From Scyliorhinus canicula (lineage: Eukaryota), in the NCBI RefSeq assembly GCF_902713615.1, contig NC_052146.1:69335238-69399237 (forward strand): a stretch of 64,000 nucleotides of DNA. The letters run 5' to 3'. Below are positions 50,959 to 61,832 of the stretch, in pieces (the first letter of the stretch is position 1; every line of letters starts with the position of its first letter). Below the pieces are notes generated by a model. It was not told the DNA's origin. It saw only the letters and a list, made by a program, of their open reading frames with translations, and did no database searches. The position numbers were made by a program, and so were the translations under genes.

Positions 50959-51504
50959 CTTTAAAATAAATTTGTAAATATTTAACACAAGTGGAAATAA
51001 AAATCTCTGCCAAACAACCCGTCCTTCAATTAATATGATTTTAACTGAGAACACATACAAGAGGAATTATTCCCATTGCACCTCTCACTGTGAGGTGACC
51101 TCATGGTGTCTATGTTTCTTTCACGTTATATTCTTCATTACTTGTCTGAAGCGCAGAAAATAACACCGAATCCTTGAGATTGCGCCGAGGTGTTCGACTG
51201 TATTTCCTCTTTGGGAAACGTGTTAACCCATTTTAAATTAAAAGGTTAACACTTCTTCCAAAACAGCTGATCCGGCAATTTGGAGAGTTGATCATCCAAT
51301 ATCGTGATTGGACAGTCAGTGTTTAGATTTTTGAGTTTACTGCCCACTATTCGCCTTCATGACGCGGGAATGGGAATGAAGAATAAAGTGCTCCTCGGTG
51401 ATTTAATTTCGTGAAAACATTCATTCTGATTGCTTTGCGACACCACTTGCTTGTGTCGGATTCGCTTTCCCTGAACAAAGTTGTTCAGCAACAATCAGAT
51501 AGAT

Positions 51505-51613
51505 ATGATGTGGAGATGCCGGCGTTGGACTGGGGTGGGCACAGTAAGAAGTCTTACAACACCAGGTTAAAGTCCAACAGGGTTGTTTCGAATCACTAGC
51601 TTTCGGAGCGCAG
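51505..51613 (-). mobile_element. Penelope pLTR fragment in the receptor V-TM intron
   Basis: Near-identical to 7838-7935. Truncated inside hammerhead stem II, so it lacks the CUGA core. Confidence 0.85.
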
Positions 51614-52116
51614 ATAACATAAAGTTAAAAATGATAAAACCCGTGTTTCAAATTGAGTTCGGATAAAGTCAATACATTTCTGGATGAATTAGATTTCTGC
51701 CTGTTGGCGACCACATATTTACACGTGAAGATCTCGCCATTCTCCTCCATCATAATAAGTAAGATTTTAAAGCTAAAGATCACAACCTCCTCCTGAAGAT
51801 GTCAATCGACATCTCAGACCTACTGATGTGGATAGAACTGTCACCAACACAGTTATTCTCCAAACAGAGAATGAAGGTTAAGCTGTTTTGACATTTAAAA
51901 TTCTCACTTGGGCAAAGGAGCTGGTACAAATCATGGGTTCGAAATATTATTGAGAGGAACAGAATAATTGTTGGGAAGACACTAACTGTTTACAATTTTA
52001 TGTGGAAATGTTGAACAGCATGGGAATAAATATCAGATTTGTTTTAGGTTAAAATGCTTCTAACACGTGAACCATTTCTCTACCGATTATATGATCAATG
52101 TGAAGTCAAATTGTAA

Positions 52117-52290
52117 ATAAAACAGAAAATCCTGGAGAAACTCAGCAGGTCTGGGAGTATCTGTGGTGAGAGAGACACAAGAGTTCCCAGAACTCTCAAG
52201 AAGTCATACAGACTGGAAATGTTGACATTGTTTATCTCGCCACAGATGCTGCCTGACCTGCTGAGATTTTCCAGCATTTTCTTTTTGGTT
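52117..52290. mobile_element. Degraded palindromic Penelope-type mini-element of a second family
   Basis: Arms CAGAAAATCCTGGAGAAACTCAGCAGGTC...ATCTGTGG and CCACAGATGCTGCCTGACCTGCTGAGATTTTCCAGCATTTTCT. A decayed hammerhead-like core lies between them. Confidence 0.6.
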
Positions 52291-52779
52291 TTCTCTTTGA
52301 GGTTTTCCAGCATTTGTGCTTTGTTTCAGATTTCCAGCAACCACAGTATTTTGCTTTTATTGGAGTGCAATTGGATTCGGATTGCCGTACTGATTCAGTG
52401 AAATGTATGTTGAGCATATCCATATTGTGTACCCATCTTTTCTAATTCCTCCCCTGAATGTCTTGTTTTTTGCTGGATGAAGGTTCAATAGATACCGAGC
52501 GCCCATCTTCACTTCTCCCAAGTGACAATTCTCTGTGATCCTTGCTCCTGGCCTCATACACCTAAACCCACCACTTCCCAGCAAGAGCCACTGAGACTGG
52601 ATCCTGAACTGGAACATCATTTCTGATGATTCACCCGCGCTTCACCAATTGTAGCGACTCATTAATGGCTCCATGCTCAGATTATGGAACTCAATCTAGT
52701 GTTCAAATTTGTCGACTTCACATCACTAATAAAGACGTGGTCACGAATGGAATCATGTGACAGGTTGATCAGCTAATCT

Positions 52780-53015
52780 CAGTAATGGTGACATGGAAAT
52801 ATGACCGATTGTTGTAAAATCCATCTGGTTCACGAATTCCTTCAGGGAAGCAAATCTGCCATCATTACCTAGTCTGGCCGACCTGTGACATGTGGGTGAC
52901 TCTTAAGTGCCCTTTGAAATGGCCGAACAAGCCACTCGGTTCAAGATTAATTAGGGACGGACAACAAATACTGGCTTTGCCAACAACACTCACATTCCAT
53001 TAAAGAATTAAAAAC
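52780..53015 (+). mobile_element. SINE family C, 3' part
   Basis: CCATCTGGTTCAC...CAGGGAAGCAAATCTGCC...TTAGGGACGGACAACAAATACTGGCTTTGCCAACAACACTCACATTCCATTAAAGAATTAAAAA. The tail resembles the LINE end at 14460-14530. Confidence 0.6.
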
Positions 53016-53055
53016 AAATACTGCCACTCTTTGAGACATTTATAACAGGACTTAC

Positions 53056-53554
53056 CTGTAACTATCAATGTGCTACCATTCCCCTTCATACCTACAGAAG
53101 GTAGCATACTCAGAACCATCAATTCACAATAATATGTGCCGCTGTCTCCCCGCTGAAGGTGGGTTATTGAGATCTGGGACATATTTCGATCTCGGTCTTT
53201 TGTCTGTACAACACGGATTGACTGATTTGTCTTGCAACTGTTCATGTAAATAACATAGGTCTGATTAATTTGATTTATCGGTTGGTGAAGCCAGTTGATT
53301 TCAAAGTCCCGAATTTCAGCAGCAGAATAGTCACAGGTCAGGTTCGCTGTCCCTCCTTCAGTCACAGAGAGATTATGTGGCCTCTGGTCAATCCAAATCC
53401 CTTCGGCAACACTCAGTGGCCCGTTTGGGCCGAAACTCGACATCAGTACCCACATTAATGTCAGGATGTTCCTGTTAAAAAGACGACACCGGAGAGCATC
53501 AGTATTAAAATTTGCAAGAGTCAGCAGAGATTGAGGCAGTCGGCTTCTGTTCAT
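53056..53554 (-). CDS. Inhibitory Ig receptor, leader plus single V(J)-type Ig domain exon (5' end uncertain: ATG at 53554 or acceptor at 53472)
   Basis: V-set motifs: B-strand LTC, C-strand INWLHQ, DSGTYYC, and a J-like G strand KGNGSTLIVT. Donor ACAG|gtaagt, phase 1. Six N-glycosylation sequons. Hydrophobic ILTLMWVLMSSF lies upstream in the same frame. Confidence 0.9.
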
Positions 53555-54620
53555 CTTTCTCAGCCTCGGTGCGGATGTGGGGGTTTGGGGAGTTTGCAGA
53601 GAAGCCGCTTGCGAGTTCCGTGTGGGTTTCAAAGCCCAACTCTGCTGCTCGGTGTTGTCAGAAAGACTGACGCCCACCACAGCAGCAACGTTGAAACTAG
53701 CGACACCAGCAACGGCTGCTTCAGTGCAGAAACCGAATCAAATTCCTCTCATTTACTCTTCACATTTAACCCTGGTTATTGCCACATGATTGATGAATTC
53801 CAATTGGTCCAAACGTGTCAAAATAAATTCAGTTTAATTATCGTTCGTTTTGTCCATATTTATCCTAAAACCAATTGCTACGTCGAATTAAAGCTACAGA
53901 AGTCCCCGTGTGAGTGGATGAATAAATAAACTTTGCTGAAATATTCTGACGGAGATAAACCCGGAGAGGCGGTTTGAAATTCCGGTTCAATGATAGTGCC
54001 TTTCTCCTCTCGGTTCCTGCCAATCACAGACAAGAATGAAGGGTTAGTGCCATAGCATTGGCACACTGTAACCAGTATATTGACGGGCAGAAGCTTTTTG
54101 TCTTCAGCTCCGGACACGCATGATCCATGTCTGCCCAAATTCATGGTGTGAACAATAATCCCGGTTCTCGGTTCTTACACATAACTCAAGACGCGAGAGG
54201 CCTGTGGTTAATTTAAGCAGTAACCCCGAGGCCTGGTTTAATAATCCACAGAACATGATAAATTTAAGGCTCAACAAGGTCGTTCCAAAATTTGAAGTCT
54301 GTGAGAAAAATTGTAAAGGAAAGAAATTGGCATCGGTCAAAGTGACGTGAAGCTGTGGGCTTGATGTAAACACCGCTCTGCTTCATTCATGCCCTTTAAG
54401 GAACCCTCTTTGTCACCCGCAACTAGCCTGGCCTGCCTGTGACCACAGTCCCACACCAGCGCTGTTTGCAATGAACCGCCCGCCTCAAATGTCTTCGCAA
54501 ACCACCCAGGTTTAATAAATGGCAATTTGGGAAATTCGTGTCGGTAATAAATCCTGGTCTTGTCAGTGACACATTCACCGGAGAATACATACGAATAAAT
54601 GAAGTTGCCACTTCGGGGGG
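53555..54620 (-). promoter_or_regulatory. Candidate proximal promoter or 5' region of the Ig receptor gene
   Basis: Repeat-free, CpG-containing stretch directly upstream. RUNX-type TGTGGT at 53676-53681 (minus) and TGTGGTT at 54203-54209. NF-kB-like GGGAAATTC at about 54529. Such short motifs also occur by chance. Confidence 0.35.
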
Positions 54621-54636
54621 CATGTTCTGTTAAATA

Positions 54637-54828
54637 TTAGAACATAGAACATAGAACAGTACAGCACAGAACAGGCCCTTCGGCCCTCGATGTTGTGCCG
54701 AGCAATGATCACCCTACTTAAACCCATGTAACCCGTATACCCGTAACCCAACAATCCCCCATTAACCTTACACTACGGGCAATTTAGCATGGCCAATCCA
54801 CCTAACCCGCACATCTTTGGACTGTGGA
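54637..54828 (-). mobile_element. V-SINE long form, 5'-truncated
   Basis: (TAGAACA)n tail and 3' half, homologous to 16785 onward. Confidence 0.85.
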
Positions 54829-55050
54829 TATTGAGTTTGACCAACAGTTTCGAATGAGATATTCAACTGGATGGTAATCGGTATCAAGGACAAGAGGGAG
54901 AACATCATTTTAGACATGGGCGGCAGTGGTTCAAGAAGGCGTATCAGCACCACCTTTGCTCTGGCAATTAGAGGTGGGTAATAAATACTGGTCTAGTCAG
55001 CCATGCTATTTCCTCCCTGGCTTCCTTTAACAGCCTGAGATACAATCTAT

Positions 55051-55346
55051 GGGCAGCGCTGTGGCACAGTGGCGCAGTGGTTATCACTGCTGCCTCGCAG
55101 TGCTCGGAATCCGGGTTTGATTCCGGGCCTGTGTGGAGTTTGTACTATCTTCCCCTGTCTGCGTGGATTTCCTCCCGGTGCGTGTGGTTCCCACAGTCCA
55201 AAAATGTGCAGAATATGGGGATTGGTCATGCTAAATTGCTTCTTAGTGTGTGGTTGCTAGGTTACCGGGGTGGAGTGGAGGGTTTGGTGGTAGGGTAGGG
55301 AGGGCCAGTGCAAACTCGATTGACCGAATGGGCTCCTTCTGCACTG
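55051..55346 (+). mobile_element. V-SINE long form (diverged)
   Basis: tRNA head, V domain, tail CCTTCTGCACTG...TTCTATGATTCT. Confidence 0.82.
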
Positions 55347-55394
55347 CAGCGGTTCTATGATTCTATTTAGATCTGGCGGATAAATCGCCAGAAC

Positions 55395-55685
55395 CGCTGC
55401 AGGGCGGAGGAGCACATACAGTCACACAAGCCCGGAATTAAACCCGGGTTCCTCGCACTGCGAAGAAGCAGTGATAACCACTGCGCCACGGTGGCACAGT
55501 GGTTAGCACTGTTGCTTCACAGCACCCAGGTCCCAGGTTCAATTCCTGCTTGGGTCACTGTCTGTGCGGAGTCTGCACGTTCCTTTTGTGTCTGCGTGAG
55601 TTTCCACCGGGTGCTCTGGTTTCCTCCCACAGTCGAAAATTGTGCAGGTTAGGTAGATCGACCATGCTAAATTGCCCTAATTAAT
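55395..55685. mobile_element. Two V-SINE heads fused head-to-head at 55490
   Basis: TAACCACTGCGCCAC-G-GTGGCACAGTGGTTA. The left copy is on the minus strand and the right copy (to 55685) on the plus strand. Confidence 0.75.
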
Positions 55686-56560
55686 AGAATAGACAAGGGT
55701 GAACCAGTGGATCTGTTACATTTGGGTTTTCAGAAAGCTTTTGATAAAGTCCCACATAAGAGGTTAGTGTGCAAAATGAAAGCACATGGGATTGAGAGTT
55801 GCTGAGCAGGCAGGATACCGAGATGAGGGCTAATTGGTTCATTTTCAAAGAGACAGGCAGTGCCCACAAGGTTCCCTCAGGGATTAGTGCTTGGGCCCCG
55901 CTACTCACAATATATATCAATGGCTTGGATGAGGGAAGCAGATGTGTATTTCCAAGTTCACTAAGGACACGAAACCTGGTGGGGGCATGATTGGTGAGGT
56001 TTTAAGGTGACTTAGCTGAGTTTAATGACTGGCCAGACGATGGTGGATGCAGCATGATGTGGATAAGTGTGACCTTGCTTTCAGTGACAGCTGCATTAGG
56101 ACACCCATTTATCCCTTTGTATGTTAGCATTTCCCAATCTATCACCATTTAGGAAATATTCCGGCATTTCATTTTTTTCTACCGTGGTGGACAAGTGTGA
56201 ACTTATCCACCACGGTAGAAAAAAATGAAATGCCGGAATATTTCCTAAATGGTGATAGATTGGGAAATGCTAACATACAAAGGGATACATGGATGTCCTA
56301 AAGCAGCTGTCACTGAAAACAAGCATGCAGTTGCAAGAAGCAATTCAGAGGGCAAATGGCATAATGGTCTTCATTGCACGAGGGCTTGAGAACAGAAACA
56401 AGAATGTTTTTCTGCAGCTGTACAGGGCCTTGGTGAGACCACACATGGAGTATTGTGTACAGTTTTCATCAAGGATAGACAGTAAAGGTTCAGCAGGCTG
56501 ATTCCTGGGATGGTAGGATGTCCTATGAGGATGTTAAGAGGCTTCAAGTCAACTAGGCTT
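55686..56560 (+). mobile_element. Degraded CR1 RT fragment containing an inverted duplication (56074-56323)
   Basis: IDKGEPVDLLHLGFQKAFDKVPHKR, LLTIYINGLDEG and LVRPHMEYCVQF. Confidence 0.88.
56074..56323. repeat. Long inverted repeat (fold-back) with perfect 81-bp inner arms
   Basis: 56111-56191 is the exact reverse complement of 56206-56286, with a 14-nt spacer. The outer ~37 bp have about 4 mismatches. Confidence 0.93.
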
Positions 56561-56651
56561 TGGATTCAGGATTATGTTTCCTTTTGATGGTGGTGGGGGA
56601 GGGATTGGCCTGGAGAGCGGGAGGTGGGGACGTCTAGAATGTTTGATAATC

Positions 56652-56826
56652 ATAGAATCAAACAATTTACAGTGCATAAGGAGGCCATTGGGCCCATGGG
56701 GTCTGCTCCGGATCTTGGAAAGAGCACTCTACTTAAGCCCACACATCCAACCTATCCTCATAACACAGTAACCCCACCCAACCTTTTTGGACACTAAGGG
56801 TAATTTAGCATGGCCAATCCACCTTA
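56652..56826 (-). mobile_element. V-SINE long form, 3' half
   Basis: Tail and GGATTGGCCATGCTAAATT segment on the minus strand. Confidence 0.75.
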
Positions 56827-57287
56827 CTGCTTATTACTAAAGACTTATTTCCTGATATTACTACATCGCATTATCTATTATTTACTGCCGGGTAGCGTCT
56901 CAAACAAAAAAAGTAGTTAAGGACCTATAAAGTTAGAGTTATAACAGCCACATGACTCTGACACTCAACATGACCTCTCTCGATTTCCCTGTAATTTGTC
57001 ATTTGCCTATCCAGTATCTAGTAGTGGATGCGCAGATATTTCCTCAAACTAATGGGAAGACTAAACTATTATCTTAGTTCCCAGTCACAACAGCTGTTCT
57101 CTAACTGCTGACTCCACACATCATTTTGCCAATTGTCTGAGCTTGAATGAGACAGTTCACAGACTTGGTGGCCCCTAAAAGAATTTCTGACCACATATCA
57201 ACCTCACCACCAAAATCATCTTTTCCGTTTCTGTAATGGTCAATTCTGCTTCAACTCACCTATTGCGAAAGCCCTCATCCATGCATG

Positions 57288-58008
57288 TGTTATGCGTAAA
57301 CACATACACGCATCATTTTCGTGCACAATGACCACATTGGATTCGAGTCCAGTGATGCCTCGATTTAAAAATTATTATACGTGTTTATCAAGCCTGGGAG
57401 AGAAGCAGAGATGGGATTGCTACACTGAAATGACGGAAAGACCGCGTGTCTTCCCCCTCTCTCAGAGGTCTTGTGCCCAATTGTCAAAGAAGCATTCTGA
57501 AAAGCGGCACCTACTGCAAACCAAGATCTTTTGGGGATAAAGGGTGGAAATCTGCCCTGTACATTTACACTCAGGAAGACAACTGAACAAAACGGCGACT
57601 AAGTGGGTTCACCGTACCGAGAGCCGTCAAAGGACGATTACTGTAAGCTTCTTTGATTGTTTGTTTTGTTCATGAACTGTAAGAAATCTTTACGTCAATC
57701 CTCGTATTCCCCCGTCTGCCAATGTATATGTATGGGGCCCAGGGAGTGTGTGTGATATATGAATGAATTTTATGATTTATTTACTTTTTTAACTTTGGGA
57801 AATAGTTTCAATAAACTTATCTTGTTCTTTGGTTTAAACTCATAAAACCTATGTGGTTAATTATTTCTAATCTAAAAGCGTACATTGTAGTGTTCCCGCT
57901 GTCTTGGCAACTCATATCCTCCCTAAATTCACAGAAAAATCCTGTTCCAGATCGGGCTGGAGTGGTCTATTCGGGGAATCCACCCCCCTCCCTCCCGTGG
58001 TCGTAACA
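57288..58008 (+). mobile_element. Probable solo LTR (about 721 bp)
   Basis: TGTTATG...CGTAACA termini, AATAAA at about 57810, imperfect flanks GCATG/GCATT. Confidence 0.55.
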
Positions 58009-58894
58009 GCATTTTAATACTTAAAAACACAATGAAAATACAATTTGTTGCTGTTAATTACATCACCGTGAAGCACTTCGATTTGAATATCATAATGGGC
58101 TGAATTTCCATCATTGACAGGGGTTGGGAAAATTCCTGGCTTCGCTGACCCAACTTGGGGAAGGTTGGCTCTGGTGGGCGGGTGGTGCTGGAGTTAGGGC
58201 GAGCTGAGCTTGGAAAACGTAGGTGGCAGAGGCAGGACTGAGTTAGGAGGTGGGCTTTTAATGACTCAGGCCCTATGTTAAGGACCATCCTGGAAGTCAC
58301 TCACTATGACAGTAAGTTGTGAAGTGGTCGCAAGCGTGCATGGGAGGAAACTTCATTATGTTGTCATGTATTATAGTTTCAAAGGTTGCCCAATGGGTTA
58401 TTACTGCTGTAAGTGATGGCTCATTAGGAGCCTTCCATAGAAAAACATTGATGCAGAAGTTTCTCAATTGCAAATGTGTAAAGAATGTCCACGCAGCTGG
58501 AATTTACTTTTGGCAAAAATCCAGCACATCAGGTTTTTTCGCAGTTTGTAGAAGCTAACGACATTGTGCAGCAAGTGAAATGAGCATGGCCACTCAGGGA
58601 CTGATACCAATACCCCAAATGCAGATCCTTCATATCCAGCCACGTGACAAATCATTTCTCTTATTTTCAAGTGTGCCCACCCACAAGTGCCTCGCCCATA
58701 TGCATGACATCAGCACACTGTCTTTTGCAGGTCTGTGTGACCGCAATGGAGTATTCCAGTTTAGCCCGGTAAGCTGCAGATCACCGAACGACACTCTGGA
58801 GTGATCCCACTCAAGCCATGGACAGACCCCACCACACACCAGCTCCACGAAGGTCATAGGTCGGAGCACTGCTCGAGAAGGTCCCAGCAGCTGA

Positions 58895-59185
58895 ACACAG
58901 CCTCAGGATAAGGGGTAAACCATTTAGGACTGAGATGAGGAAAGTTTTCTTCACTCAGAGGGTAGCGAACCTGTGGAATTCTCTACCACAGAAGGCTGTG
59001 GAGGTCAAGTCACTGAACATATTCAAGGAAGAGATAGATATTTAAAAAAAATATTTTAATAGCATCAAAGGATGTGGGGATAAAACACGCGAACATGGCA
59101 TTGAGATGGAGGATCAGCCATAATCATAATGAATGATGGAAGGGGCGTAAAGGCACGAATGGCCGACTGCTCCTAGTTGTTATAG
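58895..59185 (+). mobile_element. CR1 3' end fragment
   Basis: HSLRIRGKPFRTEMRKVFFTQRVANLWNSLP plus 3' UTR. Confidence 0.85.
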
Positions 59186-59522
59186 TTATAGAACAGTACA
59201 GCACAGAACAGTCCCTTCGGCCCTCGATGTTGTGCCGAGCAATGATCACCCTACTCAAACCCACGTATCCACCCTATACCCGTAACCCAACAACCCCCCC
59301 CCCCCCCCTTAATCTTACTTTTTTTTAGGACACTACGGGCAATTTAGAATGGCCAATCCACCTAACCCGCACATCTTTAGACTGTGGGAGGAAACCAGAG
59401 CACCCCCACGCACACACGGGGAGGACATGCAGACTCCGCACAGACAGTGACCCAGCCGGGAACCGAACCTGGGACCCTGGAGCTGTGAAGCATTTATGCT
59501 AACCACCATGCTACCGTGCTGC
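59186..59522 (-). mobile_element. V-SINE long form with CR1-type tail
   Basis: Full tRNA head and a tail homologous to 16785-17093. Confidence 0.9.
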
Positions 59523-59801
59523 ACTTTTTTATTGTCATAGCAGAATGTCTCAGAGGATCAGCGTGACTGAGTCTCATGGTGTAAATACACCCTGGCTCTA
59601 TGACCAGGGCTAGGAGAATCTGCTGCAGAAGATCAAAGGCCGGAGGGATGCCCTGTATCCAGTATGTAGCAGGGCACCCCCCCCCCCCCCGCCACCCTTG
59701 CAGACATGAAGGAAGCTTTGCAAGAAATTGCTGCTTCGATTGGTGCATCAGGAGATAAATTTGAACATTGATTCAGCGGTGCAAATGGTTCCACGACCTA
59801 C

Positions 59802-59927
59802 TGCGCTCAGTAAGATGTTTTACAACACCAGGTTAAATCCAACAGGTTTGTTTGGAATCAGTGGCTTTCAGAGCGCAGCTCCTTCATCAGCTCCTTCATC
59901 AGCTCCTTCATCAGCCCCTTCATCAGG
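59802..59927 (-). mobile_element. Penelope pLTR fragment with a fourfold repeated hammerhead core
   Basis: pLTR sequence followed by (AGCTCCTTCATC)x4 at 59877-59924. Confidence 0.8.
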
Positions 59928-60199
59928 CAAGGTGTGTTGTTTAATGGGAGCAGGCACTTGCCTTTGGTATGGTCTCAGATGACTGAGATATTAGGTGGGG
60001 CATAATTGCGAAATGCATCACCATCTGAAAGGATGACCGAATGGACAGTTCACTCTTGTATGCCCAAACATCAATCGGTGGAATTTGAATCCTCACTTTG
60101 ACGCCCAGGCATGTATATGATGCTTATACATGGCTGCAGGATTCAATGTCTCAAAATTTGACTTTATTGTTCAATTTCAGGGGCATAGAGCTCAAAATG

Positions 60200-61300
60200 T
60201 TAAGACAATGGCTCGGGACAGATACTGGGCCTGTGGACCAGAGGGTGATTTGTCCAATTGAGGAGAAGGCCAAGCAGATAGTACATGTGCCTTCCCAGGT
60301 CAGTATAGGAGATAGTGAATCACACATTGCAGTTGCTAAAGGTGGTATTAAATGTTCCTTCAGCTCCATGGTTATTCAGCAGAGGGGAGGTGGACTAAGC
60401 ATGGTGGACAACTGGCAAAGAGTAAAGCGCAAAAAAGGGTTCCAGGCACTGCAAATATTACACTGATGATCTCCTTTCCTGTCTCACCTAGATCCCATTG
60501 CTGCACTCCCATGTTCCAGAGCCAAAACTTCCCTCAGAAATCAGGAGGGGGATACAGAGACATCTAGGGAAACACTGACCCACCTGACCAGCCTACAATC
60601 CACCAATACAGAGACTAACTTTGCGCAGGGATGTAGCACGTGTTTAGATTCATCTGTACTTAGTGAAGGACACGGCACCAGCGTGCAAGAGGTGTCTGAG
60701 GTGGACACATCTGTGCACAGTCCCTCTGATGCTCAAGCTGGCATAGAGGTGGACCCTCAGCTGTCACCTTATGGGGTATAGTACTTGGCTCAGCAGCAGC
60801 TGATGAGCGAACATCTGGTTGAGTCCGCTAGGAAATGCACAATCGTGCACTGTGCATGGAGGAGTCCATGGCGCTGAAGAGCAGGATTTTGTTTCGGGGG
60901 GCCTCGCTGCACGAGCTCTAACCATGAGAGACTGACCAATCTCCTGCAGAGTCACCTGCAGCATCACTCCCACTTGATGCAAGAGCAGTGTGAATTCATG
61001 CAAAGGAAACAAGGTTGCCTGGAGCAGTCCACAAAGAATCTGAGCAGCGTCCTTCATGCAATACAGCAGGAACCCCCTACCAAAAACAGGGCATTCTCAC
61101 TGGCGGCACGACAGATGCTAGAATTGATCATTGCTGCTCCTCAGCAGCCACCACATCCAACCTTCTGGAAAAACAATGCAGAGCTGAGAAAGTTGCAGGG
61201 GTTGTGAGTGGTTCTGAACTGCCACATCCACAGCTTCATGAGCACCTCTGCCAGATCAGTGGTATGTGCTCCAGTCACCACGGCTGCATTTGCAGTGTTG
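60200..61300 (+). mobile_element. Degraded Harbinger Myb/SANT-like ORF remnant
   Basis: RQWLGTDTGPVDQRVICPIEEKAKQI resembles the TGGG...LTxxEExAxxI motif, with an STNTET segment downstream. Recognised from memory only. Confidence 0.35.
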
Positions 61301-61745
61301 TAGGTGCCACAGTCTCAGGTGAATCCCCAAGGAATACCCGTACCAAGAGGCCAGCTACAACACACTGCTCAATGATTTACAGATGTAGTGGTGAGCAGAA
61401 TGCCTCCACCTCAGCGGAGGAAACACGGAGTTTTTCCATGCAGGAGTGCTTAAGCTCGAAATAAACTGCACTGCTGGGTTTAAATGCATATATCTTATTA
61501 TATCGCACAATGTGAAGTGCATCTTCTGGCTCCGGATTGTGCCGACAAGAGGATTTTCACAGTAACCTCATTGCAGTGTTAATGTAAGCCTACATGTGAC
61601 AATAATAAAGATTATTATTATTCACCTTCAGCAAATAAACCATTTAAATCAAAGGAAGGATGCATTGGTGTATACTTGCTGTGTGGTGCATGCAATAACC
61701 GGGTAATCATACAATTGCATGATCTTATCGGTGTCACTAAAGATT

Positions 61746-61780
61746 CACCTGAAGAAGGAGCCGTGCTCCGAAAGCTCGTG
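61746..61780 (+). ncRNA. Minimal type I hammerhead ribozyme motif, intact core
   Basis: CAC CUGAAGA A GGAGC CGU GCUCC GAAA GC UC GUG. Confidence 0.8.
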
Positions 61781-61832
61781 TTTGAAACAAACCTGTTGGA
61801 CTTTAACCTGGTGTTGTAAGACTTCTTACTGT
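61746..61832 (+). mobile_element. 87-bp Penelope pLTR insertion
   Basis: pLTR sequence flanked by ACTAAAGATT at 61736-61745 and 61833-61842. Confidence 0.85.

Noticed and set aside
53056-53400. Rearranging TCR or Ig V segment
   Set aside because: The J-like strand is germline-joined, no RSS heptamer/nonamer follows YYC, and no C domain exon was seen before the TM exon.
46717-53554. Assigning the symbol PDCD1, CTLA4 or NCR3
   Set aside because: Features are mixed: no MYPPPY, no charged TM residue, the last motif is not an ITSM, and there is an extra exon. Orthology needs phylogeny and synteny.
53000-53680. 226-aa ORF as a complete single-exon secreted Ig protein
   Set aside because: A perfect phase 1 donor follows the G strand, and in-frame TM and tail exons exist downstream. 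The C-terminal GKSCYK... is intron read-through.
58100-58880. Possible Harbinger transposase remnant (VIPLKPWT-like)
   Set aside because: Too degraded to support by eye.
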